Part shown: piece after piece, positions 13,353 to 25,059 of the stretch
Layout of the letters: each line of letters starts with the position of its first letter
Position numbering within the stretch: the stretch's first letter is position 1
Source of the DNA: Setoptus koraiensis
Taxonomy: Eukaryota; Animalia; Arthropoda
Assembly (NCBI GenBank): GCA_048013815.1
Contig: CM106586.1
Span: 20,460,001-20,524,000, forward strand
Reading direction: 5' to 3'
Length of the DNA: 64,000 nt
The notes under the pieces: model-generated
What the model was told of the DNA's origin: nothing
Seen by the model: the letters and a program-made list of their open reading frames with translations, nothing else
The model's database searches: none
Made by a program: the position numbers and the translations under genes

Positions 13353-13786
13353 TCGGCGCTTGTTGCATCATCGACTCGGTTTGTTGTTGGTGCAATTAGA
13401 CGGTTTGTTCGCATGAGTCAATCGGCTGCGAGCGACGACAACAAACACGGAATACGTAATGCGCGCAAATCAAGCGAATAGATCAGCGGTGCATAATTGC
13501 TTACATTGTGTCGTCGCGCAAACCGAGCCACTGTTTTGCCAACCAATTGCCATTTGAGATTCGAGAGACGGGCCAGAAACGCGAGCTTGTTTCGTTGTTG
13601 CATTTTTTTGGCAAGTTCATCGATACAACAACAACATGTGCGCAGTTGTTGTTTGCGAGCAGCCACTAATTAGTCTAATTAACCTAATTGAAGTTGTCGA
13701 CAGCCAGCCCGAGATCCGCGAACGAACTGACCAGCGAACGCAATCGCGCCCAAGACAAAAAAAGAATTCACGAAATTGCTATCCGA

Positions 13787-14440
13787 ATGCGCCCCTCACA
13801 CAGTGAGCTGCTGGCCCGACTTTTGCCATTGCAACTATGCCTGTGCCTACTGAATCTGTCCGACGGGCCCACAATGTTGGTCGGCGCTTGCCTGTTCCGC
13901 GCCGCCTCGCTGGGCAGCCTCATGAGACAATACCCGCAATTTAGGGCCTATCTACAGCAGCAGCCATACGGTGGCTACAATCCGTACGGCCCCTATCAGC
14001 CACCCTACAATGGTTACAGCAACCCGTACGAACCCGTCCCGTATCCGTCCAACCAGTACTACCCGCAGCAGGCGTATTACCCGTCCTATCAGGCCTACCC
14101 GTACCCCGCCACGATGGGCGACCAGCAGCAGTCGAACAATGCAAATCAGCAGCAAGCCCAGAACCGCGCCGCCGACAACCAGCAGCAACAACAACAACAA
14201 CAGCAACAACAACAGCAACAACAACAGCAGCAACAAAACAACCAAAACAAGGCGCCGCCCGCTCAACAATCCAGTCCCGCCAACGCAAACAACGCGAATG
14301 CCCAACCGCAATCGAATCAAGGCCAGAGGGGCGCCAACCCGTACCCCACCGACGGCACCAGCCAGACCCAGGGCGGTGGCCAGACCCAGGGCGGCGGCGG
14401 ATATCCGTCGCAGGAGAACGGCGGCTACCCGAGCAGTTGA
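13787..14440 (+). CDS. Probable secreted Tyr/Pro/Gln-rich low-complexity protein (structural-type)
   Basis: ATG at 13787, hydrophobic leader (LLARLLPLQLCLCLL), then a PYGGYNPYGPYQPPY-type region, a polyQ tract and GGGQTQ repeats. AATAAA lies about 100 nt after the stop. No family recognised. Confidence 0.7.
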   Translation: MRPSHSELLARLLPLQLCLCLLNLSDGPTMLVGACLFRAASLGSLMRQYPQFRAYLQQQPYGGYNPYGPYQPPYNGYSNPYEPVPYPSNQYYPQQAYYPSYQAYPYPATMGDQQQSNNANQQQAQNRAADNQQQQQQQQQQQQQQQQQQQNNQNKAPPAQQSSPANANNANAQPQSNQGQRGANPYPTDGTSQTQGGGQTQGGGGYPSQENGGYPSS

Positions 14441-17400
14441 GCTGCTCGGGCAAGGGGCGACAGCTTGGCGCTTGACACTTTTGTCATTTGGCCGTGGGCC
14501 GTCGCTGCTGAGCACAATCATTTTGTCTAATAAGCATAAATAAACAACAGCAGCCAAACGCCAATTGGCAGAAGCAGAAAACTGCAAATGGTTAAATTAA
14601 AACGTATAATTGAATGGTAACCTGTTCTGGCGCCGTCGACTCTGGCGCGACTTGTTGCCAGAAATGGGGCCCGGCCCGGAATTGGCCATTGATTGATGTC
14701 GTCGAGCTAATAATAACAGCATGCGCAATGTCGCCACCTCGCGCTCGTTTGCTGGCGATGATCGATTATCGGGCCGCCAGTGCACACCAATGAGTCATTG
14801 GAGCGCCGTCCAATCAATCCATCATTGTGCATTCAATTAGCCGAACCGGTCGCCGCGGGATCCTTTCGAGAGCCGCCCCGAGTAACGACCGGCGCCGGCC
14901 GGAGTGTCGAGCAGCCGAGCTCTGACGGGCTGCGACGCGCGCTTCGGCGGTCTGTGCCGCGCACATCTGGCGAGGAACTTTCGCTCCGGAGCGGCAAATT
15001 TCCGCTTCGGAGCGCCGCAGCGGCCCGAAAGGTGCATGCGGCGAGTGTAGAAGCGCTCTCGTCGGGCCGGCGTGCGGACAGCGCTGATTGAGTCTTAGGA
15101 GCGGCTCCGGTTTGGCCCTTCAAGCAGCAGTGACGGCATCGGTCAGCTTGCAAATTTTCGGGCGCCGAATCATGCCCGTTCGCTGTTTGCGTTCTCGCTT
15201 CGAATCTCGCAATTTCTCGCTCTTTTTCCGGCCAGCGTCGGCACTATCGTGTGTCGGCTCATACCGTGCGAATGCCAGCGCAGCAAATGCGACCAGTCGC
15301 TGTGAGCCAGAGCAATCGTGATGGTCAATTTAGATTGAATTCTCGGAACGACACTGACCGACACAACTACTGTGTTGGCTGTGTGTTGCGCAACGGCAAC
15401 AGTTGGCCACAATTGGCGAAGAACAGATAAGAAAAAGAAGCCCGAAGAGAGCTGTAAATTTGCTACTCACGATCTCATCGAAGTAACGGGCACATTTTTT
15501 TTCGTTTCGTTTTATTCCCTTTTGATGAATTGATGCGGTTAATTCACTCTCGTTCACCTGTCCGCTGGCCGCTGGCCGGCAGCCAACGCCGGCACTCACA
15601 CAGTTCAACAGGTGAGCACCTGTTGAATTGGCTGGCGCAAACGAGCGCTGCTGGCCGGCCAATCGAAATGCACCATCGATCATCGTTGCAGGCATCGTAT
15701 CTAGTTTTTCGGATAAATGTAACACGATTCTAGCACAATATCTGGCGCCAGCGTCGCCGGATAAGACCTTATGGCAAGCCTACAGACAACGGCGACAACA
15801 ATACAATCTGCGTTCGGGATTCTTGAGCGTGGCGAGACGCGCCGTCGCACGCTCGACAAGGGAAGCTCGACAAAACCAACTGTGCCCGCCAGCTTAATGC
15901 TGGATATAACATAATTGATTATCACGGCGTGCCAATGCCGCTACAATGTCTGCCACGACAATGACGCAACTGACACAATCGACCGACGCGATGTTGCTGG
16001 CGCTCTGTTTGCACTTCGGCAACACCATATTGCGCAACAATGCATTTTAATTATATTTTTCATTGTTCTCCGTTTCCCATTTTTCGGTTGTGACTTGTTG
16101 CCCTAAACATTAATTAATGTTGCAAGCTAGCTGGCTGTAACAATTAATTGCACACTGAACAAATTGGCCAGTTTCAGCCGCTTGGTGTCGTCGTGTCGCA
16201 TCCGTCGACCAAATGCGGCACTGGGGCCGACATGGCGTGACCGCCGCTTGCCCATTTTTGCACGATCGCCAGATTGCTCGACTTGCCGTTGAAGTTGCAT
16301 GTGCAAGTCCCCACTAACCAACAGTCTAAAGATTGTGTGGAATTTTGCGAGAAATTCAGCCTCGATTCAGGGTCATCGAAATCTCGAATAACTTCTTGGG
16401 CAGGTCACCGGCGCAGAGGCCGTCGCTACTGAACGTCGTTGGAGATTTCGATGAACGCGAATAAAAGCAAATCTCTGGCGGGATCACGATAGATGCATAT
16501 TTGGACAGAATGGAGGCAGCGAATAGAATAATAGGTTATTCGAAATCCATAACGACTTCCGGTCTTCGTCTTTCTGACTTCTAGATCTGAACAAAAGTAT
16601 TTCGCTGACATTTTCTGAGTCAACCGACATGTGATAATTGTCTGGAAAATAACGGTTCAAGTGACAACATTAATCTGATTTTCTAAACCGATGATGTTGA
16701 AATTATGGTAAACTAGCCACTGTGCGCCGTACAGTGACTGAAAAAAAAATCGAGATTCACAAAGAGCCTCTAGGAATCTCAACGACGTATCTCGAAATAA
16801 TCGGTGCCCAACTGGGCACCACCGGACATATCCAGAGTAACACCGTGTCCATCAATAGTCTGGCATTGAACTACCGAAAATAATCTGTTCGATCGAGAAA
16901 GTTGAAAGTTGAGAAAATGCGACGACACGAGAATGTGGGAATGTCCGAAAAATGAAGGAGAGCGACAATGCGAAAGAGCGAAAGATCGAAAAAGCAAAAA
17001 AGTGATATAGCGTAATGGCCGAAAAATTGGCCAAGAGCAATTATTGAGCTGGGACAGTGAGTGGCCAATATCGTCGTTTCGGCGGAGCGGTCGAGTTGAT
17101 ATGCAGCGATAATCACAACCAGTGAACTCTTGTGTTTGTGAAAAATTGTTGAAAAAATCGGTGAATTATCTGTGGGCACAAACTCTGACAGGAATCGCTG
17201 GCCAGCTTTATTGTAGATTTGCGTGCTCTCGTTCGCCAGTCATCAGTGCAACAACACGGCCGTTCGCTTGATATGGCAAAAATCATAAGGCACACTTTGC
17301 TCGCTCACAACTGGGCTGTCTCGCCATCAATTTAGTTGCTCGGCGAGCTTGATTGCGGTTGGTGTCAGACAGCAAGTTGTTGGGCTGCTCGCACTTCCTT

Positions 17401-18962
17401 GCCTTGCTCTTGCTGACGATAATTCTCTCTAGCATTACGCAGTCTTGGATGTATCAACCGACAGGTGAGCTGATTGCACGAGACGACAGGGCAAACGGTT
17501 GCTTGCGATACCATAACCATTACGTAATCCATCTGATGCCATATGATTGTGCTTAACGACGCACCAAACGGCCATTGTCTTGATGCGTGTGTTACCTTTA
17601 TGTCGGTGTCTTGATCGATTGGATAAGAGCGAGAGCGCTTGGTGTTGCGAATAGGACGCGCACACAAACAAACAGCGCGACAAGTTTTCATTATTTGCTA
17701 GTTTTCAAGTTTATCTCACACCAGCCAGCAATAAACAAAAAACGGCCATTCGCATTCGCAACATTGACCGAGTGTGAGAGAGAGAGCGAGAGAAGTTTCT
17801 CTCAATTGTCTGCACCAATCGTTCACCATTAGCATGGATCCTGACGAACGCGCCCAATTAAGGCGGCTGCCAATTGGCAAATAAACAAATCACTGGTGGC
17901 CGCAATCACGATTTGCCACAACCGCCACTCGGACGCGACCCCGAAGCGCCATCAGTGCGACGCCTTGCCAACGATCAATTAATCAATCAATCATCATTAG
18001 AGCAGCATCTTTGAAATGGCCGAAGATTCTAGACTAAAGACGCCTATTATCATAACAACTGCATCGTAATTAGTGCTTGTAGCAGCTGAAAAGAGCATGA
18101 GCTTTTTTCGATGAATGAGCCAGGCTAATTGATAATAATTTTTTGGTTCACCCAACAGTGGGATGTTTTGCTGGATTCACGGTGGCGCCACCTCTCAGTA
18201 GAATCCATACTCAACAGAGATGAGGGTGAACAGAGCAAAAAGTAAAGGTGTCAGATGATGAGAATAATGAGAGAAAAAAAAATGTCGGGATGGATTTCGC
18301 TTACTTCGTCTCCCGATTCATTGAGTAACAAATATAGAGGGCGAACGGTGAAAATATGAGTCGAGTCGATTTCATTCGGATGTTCGCACAATCCATTCGA
18401 TTATTTCTGGCAAGGTCGCAAGCATCGTCGCTCATCGGATGCATTTCTCCTCATTCAATAAATTGCTTCAATGCTGAAATGAAAATGTCTGTTATGCTGC
18501 GGCTCTCACTTCGCAGAGTGTGAAAAGAATGTTATCGTCGGAATCTCAAGATTCGCATCTAGTGTCAACTTGAACACTAACGCCCACACACAGTACGTGA
18601 CACCCGATCAAGACAACAGAATCAATAACGACTCGTTCATGTGATCTCGTCATGTCGCGCGTAACGTATGAGTGATTAATGCTGACTAAACATTTACATC
18701 ATGCAAGATTAGCTGATTTCGTGCAAGACAACAATGTATAATAATTATTATGTGACACATAGAGGGATGGCTGGCTGTTGCTTGATCAGCAGGATATTGC
18801 TAGGAGCGCTCGTCAATGACAAGACGGCCGTGAGCGTTAACGTGAATGCTTATTTATGTAACTGCAAGAAAGAATTTTCATTAGTCCCCATTCTCATTCT
18901 ACGAAAGCCAATTCATCGCATCTATCCGACCTCGAACATAGTTATTTCATCAAGCAACAACC

Positions 18963-20287
18963 ATGGCCGAGGCACTACAAGATCGAGTCGGACACTCAAT
19001 CAACCATTTCGGTCTACAATACCTTAATCAGACCGATTCCGACGCAAATGCCGTCTTTTCGCCGATATCGTTTGTAACAGCATTATATCTGGTCTATTTG
19101 GGCACACAAAAAGACAGTGCGAGTGCCGAAGAAATTTCTCGACTGTTGAATTTCAAACAATTGCAGCTAGAATCAGGCAGTACCGACATCCATGAGGGAT
19201 TAGGCAAGATCTATGAAAATCTTGGAGAGGTGACGACGCTTCAAATTCAAACGAAGATCTTGGGCTTCAGCAAAATCGCCGAAAAGCTGGCCTGACCAAA
19301 TTTAAATCAGGAAACCTCGTGTTGAGCAATAAAGATTTCGGCGAACTACGAGACACTTTTCAAGCGACAGTAACGGGCAGATACAGCGAAGTCGCGCTGG
19401 CTCAATACAGCAAGAATCTGGATAAAAAAGAGCTCGCAAACAATTTATTAGTGCCAGGTAAAGATGGCAAACCGATTGTTCTCAAAGTAAACCGGGCCAG
19501 CGATATAAGTGACGCTGTCAACGAATGGGTGGCCAACAAAACCAGCAACAACATCAAGCAAATCATGCCAGAACTACGATCCATGGACGAGCTAGCTCTC
19601 GCGATCGTGAACGCTGTTTATTTGAACGCCAGTTGGCAGCATTTTGACAAGAAAGACACTGTTGATGATTTCTTTTACGAAGCTCGCGGCGATAAGAAGA
19701 GCAAGGTTCCGTTCATGGTGCGAAAAGGGGAGGAATTCCCCTATTATAATTCGGAGGAGCACAAGGACGGTTTGCTGGGCTCAATCAAATTTGAGGCCCT
19801 GGAATTAGAATACCATGGAAGTAATATCGCCTTGACGATTCTGTTACCACACGACAAGGATGGTCTCGATGAATTGCAGAGAGCTCTCACTTGGTCCAAG
19901 CTGAATGATCTGTACAGCCAACTATACGAAGAGAGAGAAGTTGACGTCAAGTTGCCCAAGTTCAAATTTGATTTGAGTTATGATGGTGCAGAAATGCTCA
20001 AAAAGATGGGCGTAAGCAAAATGTTCAATGCAAGGGAGGCCAAGTTGACTGAGATGTTTGAAAGACCTGTGCCACTTGGAGTATCTAAGATTGTTCACAA
20101 GGCAACTATTGGCGTCGACGAGAAAGGAATTGAGGCCTCTGTCGCCACCTGTGTACTGGAGTTGTACTGCCCTGCTTCTATATCACTAGGGGGACACAAG
20201 TTCATAGCGAATCGGCCATTTTTGTTTGTAGTCAGACACATCAGGAGCGGAGCCTCTTTGTTCATGGGTCGCGTCACTCGCTTGTAA
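18963..20287 (+). CDS. Serpin (no signal peptide), split into two frames at about 19230-19270
   Basis: N-terminal NAVFSPISF motif; INEWV-like VNEWVANKT; LAIVNAVYLNASW; VDVKLPKFK; VSKIVHKATIGVDEKGIEA hinge; FIANRPFLF serpin signature. The frames join by a 41-nt GT-AG intron (19230-19270) or by a 1-nt frameshift. Confidence 0.93.
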
Positions 20288-20319
20288 TCCATTGATTATA
20301 AAATGTACATCTATGAGTC

Positions 20320-20640
20320 TCGTTAGCTCATTTGATCTGCGCGATGCTCGAATAGCCAAATTGCCAACTGTTCATCGGGCCCAAGAACCAGAATCGCAAA
20401 TAAAACATATGTCGCAACAAAGGTACTCGCACTAGCGAGGGGCCATGTCTTTCAATCTCTTGAGCTTTCTGTCCACTTATCTACCTATCCGAGAGTCTCT
20501 TCGTCGTCGAATCAATCAACTCTTTAGAGTTTGATTTTGAAGTCGAAATTTCGTAGTCATTATAAATATTTGATAGTGGTGATGTTTTTGAAAGTAGCTC
20601 AACATGTTTCCTCCACTACACATCTGCTTCAATGTCAAAG
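20320..20640 (-). pseudogene. Inverted remnant of a trypsin-cluster gene: promoter module, 5'UTR and signal-peptide region
   Basis: The reverse complement reads ...gacgaagagactctcggataggtagataagtggacagaaagctcaagagattgaaagacATGgcccctcgctag...cttgggcccgatgaacagttggcaa, matching the 23700-23880 leader of the first protease. There is an early stop. Confidence 0.75.
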
Positions 20641-21199
20641 TGGAGAAGTCTTGATTTGATCCCAGGCAACAGCTTACTCAACTTATCCTCGCTCTCGAAA
20701 TCGGCAAAACTTATGTCGAGCGTAGTTACGTGGGGACACTTGGTCACGGGTTGAAACAGCTCCGAGTGAGCGAATTTTATACCTTCTAAGTCCAAAGTGG
20801 GCAACATGTGTCCTATTTTTTATTTCACCTCATAGTTCACTGAAGAAGAAGTAGTTTAGAGCCAATATTAGCCTTGTATCTCAGCTCTCTCGGGGTGAAA
20901 CGGGGTCTCAAAGTTGAAATTCTGAGAAAAGTGGGCGTGTCTGGTGAAGAAAAAACCAGAAACAAAAATAAACCAGAAGATTTCTGGCTCCACCTGAGAG
21001 AGATCTTTTCAACCATACCCTATTTTCAAGAATCGAAGACCAAAAATAAAAACACCCCAAAATGAGACAGCCTCTTACTTGCAACATCAGTGTACCAGTT
21101 GAAAAATTAAAGCATGATCGGCGATGGTTTTAGGCACAAAGCTCGTAGCTGGCTGAGAGTTTTTGGCTGCCAACTGGAGAGTATCCGATTACCAATGCA

Positions 21200-21900
21200 A
21201 ATTTTAAGTGCAAAATTTCGACTCGAGATTCAAACTCTGGAGATTGATTTGTCGATGGAGAGACTTTTGGATAGATAGACAAGCTGACAGACAGCTCTAG
21301 AAATTGGAGGACGTGGCCACATCGACAGTGCAAGCGCTTTTGTATGTTGTAAGGTGCGTTTTATTGAAATATAAGGAAAAACAAGCGAAAGGATAATGGA
21401 AGCCATCGAGATGAGATAGACACTGGATGGCGTGCAAATCGGAAGTCAAGAATCGTTAAGATGGCGATTTCAAATTTGGCATAAATCCCAACCCCATCAA
21501 TGAACAAATGAATGCGAAATAAGCGGCGGAGAAGAATTACGCATGGCGAAGAGGCGTCACGTTATGATTGGATTTCCCTTGGTTAGTGTTCATAGATTTA
21601 AGGTTTGTGGTGGCACAATCATGCATGAAAAAGCGGTATTAACGGCTGTGCATTGCCAAAGAATGTTAGAAACGATCGAGGTTTTCGCATGTGCACATGA
21701 TATATTAGTATCGGAATATCATGTGTGAGGAGCCTCATCTTTCGTACATTATTCATCCCGTGGTGTGGCGTTGATCAAACTGGAGAAACCACTGCGATGG
21801 ACAAATTATGTGAAACCCGCTTGTTTGCGACTAGCGAGTAAAGGCATGGAAAATCCCGGCCATTTAGGCCCCACAAATCTCATCATTGCTGGCTGAGAGT
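21200..21900 (+). pseudogene. Frameshifted trypsin-like pseudogene of the same family
   Basis: GINPNP at about 21478; RITHGEEASRYD then a 4-nt insertion; FPLVSVHRFKVCGGTIMHEKAVLTAVHC; later VALIKLEKPLRWTNYVKPACL in another frame. The 5'UTR-like block at 21220-21310 matches the paralogs. Confidence 0.85.
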
Positions 21901-22039
21901 TATGGGTTTCGGAGAAAAATGCACGCCAATTTTTTCAAATAAACCTGTCTGAAACAGGGTACGCATGATTGTGCCCCCACATCCAAATCCATAACGATAT
22001 ATTGGCGTCAATTCTTGTTCTTATTTGAGCAACGGCCAG

Positions 22040-22370
22040 CTTACCAGACAACCAATTATTGCCACCAGGATCCGGATTGATGTCACACTCTACATCGTCA
22101 ACGTAACGTTTCGAAGCTTCCGGTTTGTACACTTTCGGATTTGCGGGTCGCCTCGACTTTGATTTCTCGTTCCTAACCCAACTAGCGACCGGTGATTGGA
22201 TGTTTTGTTTGCTTCGTACACTCCATGGTGATGCCCATATTACGCTCGGTCCGCTCGCGCTCTTCGTTCCACAGCGCACGCTTCCAACATTTCATCGGTT
22301 ACCGGAGCCAAAATCACCAATAAAACACTTGTTGCAGCAAACAAATGTTTATACGGGCTTGGGCGCCATC
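22040..22370 (-). pseudogene. Inverted remnant of a trypsin-family signal/pro region
   Basis: The minus-strand translation includes VECDINPDP (cf. VECGVNPNP). The 22226-22460 block is duplicated at 25075-25320, where it translates LYAVTSVSLAIL (cf. LYAVTCVSLTIL). Confidence 0.7.
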
Positions 22371-22721
22371 TTTCTGGCCATTGGAGCAACAAAATCTTCG
22401 TCCACTAGCTCGCATGACCAGGGCCCGGATTTCGAGGAGCCGTGCGACACGATCCTACACGATGATAACTTATTTTTCAAGCAAATAATCAAAATCAATG
22501 AAGACAACCTCATTAATAATAATAATAATTTATGATTTACGATTGCATTTTCTCTATATTGCAGCGCAATGTGTTTGCCGTAGTCGTTTTCGTTGTTGTG
22601 GTCTGGAGCTGATCAAGTTACACATTGAGCAGTAGATGTGTAGCGTGAAGGAAAAATGTAGAGCTGTTTTCAAAAACATCGCCACCGTCGACAAACCCAA
22701 ATGAGCTCGGCGTCGTGTGCT

Positions 22722-22790
22722 AAACTGCAAGCGCGTTTGGGCCTGTCTTGCCACGATTTGTTTGGGGCTCGGTCGCTTCTGCTCAAGTGA
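22722..22790 (+). pseudogene. Orphan 3' tip of the NRF-6-like gene (about 2.5-kb internal deletion relative to 26050-28567)
   Basis: 22600-22720 matches 25350-25366 plus 25927-26040, then jumps directly to aaactgcaagcgcgttt...ctcaagtga, the last 69 nt of the 26171-28636 CDS. Confidence 0.8.
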
Positions 22791-23160
22791 AACACGCATG
22801 GTGGCACTCGTTTTTTTTTCATCCAATTACGAATGAACAAACAGATACGACGGATGGCTGTTGTTGTTGTTGTTGGTGATCGCCGTTCAACTAATAGACA
22901 TGCTGTTCTTTTGAGCGAATTGCTCGCCAAGATCGCATTTTACTGTACAGACTAAATTATTGAAGACAAGTAAATAGAATGCGACATGCAAAACCATACT
23001 GAGCTGTACCTCGATCTGTGACACTGGCGCAATCTGATTATTCTCATATCGCACGCTCAAAATTGCACAGCGATCAGGAAAACGAAATCTCTGAGAGGCC
23101 AGTCAATGAACATGATGTGGCTGGATGGATCAGCAAAAGTGAAATAAATATCCAAATCAA
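22775..23160 (-). pseudogene. Captured ATG7 internal fragment, copy A
   Basis: Aligns by eye to ATG7 40421-40800. The ORF track shows the shared off-frame peptide IFISLLLIHPATSCSLTGLSEISFS vs IFILLSLIHPATSISLAGRSEISFA (40711-40905). Confidence 0.85.
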
Positions 23161-23786
23161 TAGTTTTACAGTTGTCATTATAGTAATCAAATGAGAGTAA
23201 AGTGGCGCCGTCTGAACAGAGCCACATATAAGCAATATATTTATTCCATTATGGAATTTCCACAACAGTGATGCTCACTTGTGGAAAGTACCAGTTTTGT
23301 TTGAAATTTTCGGTTAGTGTTAAGTTTTAACAATCAGAAATCACTGCATCGATGTGGCACTTTCCAGCCCCATATAAGGTGTATTCACTACGACCACTCT
23401 ATGAATTAATATCAAAACTTGAGTTTTTTTCACCATTCAACACCATGTCTGCATGTCAATATTAATTTTAATCTAGTTGATTAATACCTAATACTGAATT
23501 AATTTGAGCTAATTCTATCTATCTATTTCGATTGATTATTTTGGCCTGAGCCTGATCATGTTACACATTGAAAGCAGTTGATGTGCAGCGAAGGCAACAT
23601 GCAGAGTTATTTTTTTCCTCTCAAAAACATCGCACCAAACGAACGCCACTATGAATGATCCCAAAAGACTGCAAAATATCGACTTCAAATGCAAATGTCT
23701 GGAGAGTGCTTGATTGATTGATTTGACGGCGAAGAGACTTTTGCATACTCAGACAAGTGGACAGAGAGGTGAATGAATTGAAAGAC

Positions 23787-24899
23787 ATGGCTCCCTCGCT
23801 TTTGCCACTATTATTGTATGCTGTAACATGTGTATCGTTGACGATTTTATTTCTTGGCCCCGATGAACAGTTAGCAACTAGTGCTTTTGAGCAACTAGAA
23901 TGGCCAACAGATGAGGCGCAATATGGCGATGCGGAAATTTTCGGATCAAAAAGTAATCATATCATATCGTCAGTTCATCGCCGTTTAGCAAGGGAGAAAG
24001 AGAAAGAGGAAGCAAAACGGTCTAAGACAAGCATAGGAAATAGACACCGGGATATGCACTGTAAAAAACCAAGACCAACAACGACGACAAAGAAGCCTTT
24101 AAATGTTGAGTGTGGCGTAAATCCAAATCCCTCAAGTGCTAAATGGGATCCGAATAGAAACCATTCGCAGAGGATTTTGAATGGCGAAGAGTATTATCCG
24201 GGCGATTTTCCCTGGTTAGCGTATGTAGAAAGTAATGGTACTTGCGTTGGCGCAATCATACACAGACGAGCTGTATTGACAGTTGGACATTGCATATTTC
24301 CAAGTCACAACGCCATTGTTTATGCCGGTGTGCACAGTGACAAGACACTTGACCCTAAAAAAGTACCGAATCAACAGGAATCATTATCTAGAAAAGTCCA
24401 TGTTAGAGAGGATGAAGATGTAGCAGTGATCATACTACATAAACCACTGGAATGGACAAACTATGTCAGACCCGTTTGTCTGCCAGAATTTGGTGCGGAT
24501 GAATTAGCTCCAGGCACACGGGTCGCCATGGCTGGCTGGGGAAATATCGGTTGGTACCCAAACGATACGGCAATAGACTCAGATATACCAAGGGCTGTTA
24601 TTTTGGATATCATGCATGAGGAATGGTGCAATGGGGTTCCGTATGATTATTACGATCATGAGATTATGTATTGTGTATCTTCCTCGGGGCCACCCTATAA
24701 GGGAGCCTGCAAGGGTGATTCGGGCGCGCCAGCCTTGTATGTCAGGAATGGTCGGTGGGAAGTTAATGGTATAGAAAAAACAGGAAATAAATGTGATGAT
24801 GAAGCATTGAAAATTGGAACCGTCAACTTCGTAATAAGGGTTACTGGTGGTGCTCTCAGGTATTGGATTAACGACATACTGAGTGAACTCGAAGACTAG
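23787..24899 (+). CDS. Secreted trypsin-fold (S1A) serine protease T1, catalytic triad intact, intronless
   Basis: Signal peptide MAPSLLPLLLYAVTCVSLTILFLG; activation site SQR|ILNG; DFPW; TVGHC (His57); EDVAVI (Asp102); GACKGDSGAP (Ser195, codon TCG at 24720). Confidence 0.93.
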   Translation: MAPSLLPLLLYAVTCVSLTILFLGPDEQLATSAFEQLEWPTDEAQYGDAEIFGSKSNHIISSVHRRLAREKEKEEAKRSKTSIGNRHRDMHCKKPRPTTTTKKPLNVECGVNPNPSSAKWDPNRNHSQRILNGEEYYPGDFPWLAYVESNGTCVGAIIHRRAVLTVGHCIFPSHNAIVYAGVHSDKTLDPKKVPNQQESLSRKVHVREDEDVAVIILHKPLEWTNYVRPVCLPEFGADELAPGTRVAMAGWGNIGWYPNDTAIDSDIPRAVILDIMHEEWCNGVPYDYYDHEIMYCVSSSGPPYKGACKGDSGAPALYVRNGRWEVNGIEKTGNKCDDEALKIGTVNFVIRVTGGALRYWINDILSELED

Positions 24900-25059
24900 T
24901 TCTTTTCTTTCGCTCCGTAATTGTCATCAGTGGTATCATGTAACTCAATAAACATGTCACTATATCTGACAATCTCTCAAGCCGGCAAACAAATAAAAGG
25001 TGCCCATAACTGTGGCTTGTGCAAGAGTAGGCTCGATCGGATCCAATCATGGTGCAAAT

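Noticed and set aside
14960-14990. Minus-strand GCGAAAGTTCC resembling RNase MRP CR-I
   Set aside because: The partner P4 strand (GGGGCT) and spacing do not fit.
16340-17100. AT-richer stretch suggestive of a transposon relic
   Set aside because: No terminal repeats, TSD or transposase motif could be identified.
17353-17464. Signal-peptide-like exon ending at CAG|GTGAG
   Set aside because: No in-frame ATG or downstream exon identified, and the donor is one of the abundant ACAGGTGAG motifs.
20616-20807. LRR-like fragment (CPHVTTLDIS) on the minus strand
   Set aside because: Single short frame with no further repeats; its end runs into the protease promoter module. Too weak to call.
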